A DNA stretch of 36,311 nucleotides from an uncultured Candidatus Saccharibacteria bacterium (GTDB taxonomy: Bacteria > Patescibacteriota > WWE3 > 9FT-COMBO-53-11): NCBI GenBank assembly GCA_964512075.1, contig CAZEID010000011.1, positions 1 through 36,311 of the forward strand. Direction: 5' to 3'. The notes beneath the pieces were generated by a model that was not told the origin of the DNA, did not search any database, and was given only the letters and a program-made list of their open reading frames with translations. Positions 34,159 through 36,311 of this stretch are shown here, piece after piece (position 1 is the stretch's first letter; each line of letters begins with the position of its first letter). The translations under genes were made by a program, and so were the position numbers.

Positions 34159-35640
34159 ATGCGGGGGGAAAAGGGGTTCACGATTATTGAAGCGATCTTG
34201 GCGATGGGGCTCTTTGCTTTGGTGGTCGGGAGCGGGGTCGCCGTAGCGGGGCGCGCTTTTTTGACCAATCGGTTGGGCGAAGAGGAAACTTACGCCAATT
34301 TTTTGGCTACCGAAGGGATCGAGGCCGTCCGGGCCATTGCTGCTCGAGATTATCTTAGTCTCATCAGCGGGTCTTACGGACTCTCCTCAAATAACGGCTT
34401 TTGGGAGTTTTGGGGAGCTTCCAACAGTTTTGGCAAATTTACCCGCACCGTGGTGGTCTCAGATGTCTTTCGGGACTCAAATCAAAATATTATCACCTCG
34501 GGAGGATCACTGGATCCGTTCACTAAGAGAGTGGAGGTCCTGGTAACCTGGAATTTCTCGCCCGGTCGGTCAAACTCGGTATCTTTAAAAACTTATTTCA
34601 CTGATTTTCAAGGAAGTTCCGGCTCCGGTGGAGATCTTGGTTGCCGAGGAGTTTCCGGTGACTGGCGCAACCCGGTTACGTTGGGTAGTATCGATTTGGG
34701 GCCAGGGAATCAGCCTACCGGGCTCGATGTAAAGCAAAAGATTGTCTATCTAAGTGCCCAGGCTTCCGCGGCGGCGAAGCCGGACTTTTTCATTGTAGAC
34801 GCAACTGATGGTCAGCACCCGTTCGTTCGCGCCAGCCTCAATACGGGATCGGGGACGAATGCGGTCGATACGGCGGGTAATTACGCCTATTTAGCGAATA
34901 ACGCGACTAGCTCCCAGCTACAAGTCATTGACGTAACTAACTTAAGCCGCCCTGAATTAGTTAGTGCGTTAAGTTTGCCGGGAGTATCTGGCAGCGGGGC
35001 GGTGGGGTTGAGCGTATTTTTCTACAATTCTAAAATTTACGTCGGAACCAGAAAAGCGACTGGCCCGGAATTTCATGTTATTGATGTGTCTAACCCTCTC
35101 AATCCGGTTCCTCTTGGAAGCCGGGAGATAAATGCGGACGTGAATGCAATTACTGTCTCCCAAACCACCGCTTACCTAGCTACCTCGGACAGCCAAGAGT
35201 TAAAGATTCTCGACGTTAGCGATCCCGCGGCGATAAGCTCGGTGGGGGGGTTTGATGCTCCTGGAAACTCGGAGCTTGGCAAGAGCCTGAACCTTGTCGG
35301 GACCACCCTTTACCTTGGGAGAACCGTGGGAGGCAATCATCTTAACCACCACGAGTTTCATATTCTTGATGTTAGCAATCCTGCTTCTGTCGTGAACTTG
35401 GGGTCTAAAGATATCGCCGCCGATGTGAACGGAATAGTTGTTTGCGAAAATTTGGCTTTTCTCGCGACCTCCGACCCCAATAAGGAGTTTCAAGCTTGGA
35501 ACGTTGCCGACCCGGCGAACATCACCTTGTGGAGTCTCTTTAATTTTCCTCAGGCTGGTTCCGGCATCGATTTCGAAGGCAACTTCGTCTACGTAGCTGT
35601 CCGGAGCAATGATGCTTTAAGGATTATCACTTCCCGATGA
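34159..35640 (+). CDS. Minor pilin fused to an LVIVD-repeat beta-propeller (candidate adhesin)
   Basis: G|FTIIE after ATG 34159; repeated L.VIDV.NP and YAYLA units. Confidence 0.85.
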   Translation: MRGEKGFTIIEAILAMGLFALVVGSGVAVAGRAFLTNRLGEEETYANFLATEGIEAVRAIAARDYLSLISGSYGLSSNNGFWEFWGASNSFGKFTRTVVVSDVFRDSNQNIITSGGSLDPFTKRVEVLVTWNFSPGRSNSVSLKTYFTDFQGSSGSGGDLGCRGVSGDWRNPVTLGSIDLGPGNQPTGLDVKQKIVYLSAQASAAAKPDFFIVDATDGQHPFVRASLNTGSGTNAVDTAGNYAYLANNATSSQLQVIDVTNLSRPELVSALSLPGVSGSGAVGLSVFFYNSKIYVGTRKATGPEFHVIDVSNPLNPVPLGSREINADVNAITVSQTTAYLATSDSQELKILDVSDPAAISSVGGFDAPGNSELGKSLNLVGTTLYLGRTVGGNHLNHHEFHILDVSNPASVVNLGSKDIAADVNGIVVCENLAFLATSDPNKEFQAWNVADPANITLWSLFNFPQAGSGIDFEGNFVYVAVRSNDALRIITSR

Positions 35641-36191
35641 AAAAAAGGTTTTCCTCTGGGCGGAAGCGGAAAGTTGTTTGTCAGAGACGAAAGGGTTTCA
35701 CCCTTATTGAGCTTCTTCTCTACGTAGGTTTGGTGGGCGTTTTTCTTACTGCCGCCATGGCCTCGCTGGGGGATATTATCTTGGGAAATGTAAAAAGCAG
35801 CGTTGAACAGGAAGTTCAGGAGAGTCTCCGTTACGCTTCCAATCGGCTTATCTTTGAAATCCGCAACGCAGATTCCATCGGGGTCTCCTCCGATTTTGGC
35901 GTGAACTTGGCTGCTAATCCCGATGCCACCCTTTCTTTAAATTCCCCTGCTCCTAACAATCCAACCGAATTTCGAGTTAATGACGGTTTATTACAGATCA
36001 GGCAAGGCTCGGCAGACTGGACCTCCATCACGAGTCCCGCTGTCGCAGTGACTAATCTTGTCTTTACCGATTTGACCGATGCGTCTTCCGAGAATATCAA
36101 ATTTACCGTGTCGGTAGAATATCGGAATCCAAGCGGTCGGTCGGAATGGGAAAAAGAGCTCACGGTGGAAGCAGCGGCCAATTTGCGGTAG
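35637..36191 (+). CDS. Minor pilin (PilW/GspJ-like)
   Basis: G|FTLIELLLYV. Confidence 0.88.
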   Translation: MKKRFSSGRKRKVVCQRRKGFTLIELLLYVGLVGVFLTAAMASLGDIILGNVKSSVEQEVQESLRYASNRLIFEIRNADSIGVSSDFGVNLAANPDATLSLNSPAPNNPTEFRVNDGLLQIRQGSADWTSITSPAVAVTNLVFTDLTDASSENIKFTVSVEYRNPSGRSEWEKELTVEAAANLR

Positions 36192-36241
36192 CAAAATTGC
36201 AACTGGGCGTAACCGAGAACAGCCCAATTGAGGTAAGAGAA

Positions 36242-36311
36242 ATGATCAACAGAAAACAGTCAACAATTCTCAGACCACAGGGGTATATCGCTTTTACTAC
36301 CTTCCTAATTC
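36242..36311 (+). CDS. Partial PilX-like minor pilin, runs off the window
   Basis: MINRKQSTILRPQG|YIAFTTFLI, no Glu5. Confidence 0.6.
   Translation, partial: MINRKQSTILRPQGYIAFTTFLI

Overview
Gene-dense bacterial window, probably from a Patescibacteria/CPR genome (inferred from gene content, archaeal-type glycolytic enzymes and apparently leaderless genes). Housekeeping genes: ROK kinase, polX, lemA, gatCAB with a HEPN-like gene inside, a Klenow-like polA, a ClpE-like ATPase, rplS, rnhB, yraN, acyP, DUF72, PGM/PMM, cupin PGI, a degenerate PEP-synthase homologue, dedA, a transglutaminase-like protein, secG, an ABC binding protein, tpiA and the start of a type IV pilus locus. There are 10 intact tRNAs in three clusters and an accessory block (13.1-20.4 kb) of surface and membrane proteins. 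The most unusual signal is non-coding. (1) A family of tiny (about 38-62 bp) structured insertions with the grammar X|GAC-[hairpin]-TAG-antiX-loop-X|TA, where X copies the flanking target; they occur in or next to tRNA genes, in both orientations, and nest in one another. (2) A 301-nt tRNA gene (12748-13048) split by three such insertions, with a complete tRNA-Lys(UUU) nested in the anticodon-loop insertion. All calls come from reading the sequence; no searches or folding programs were run.
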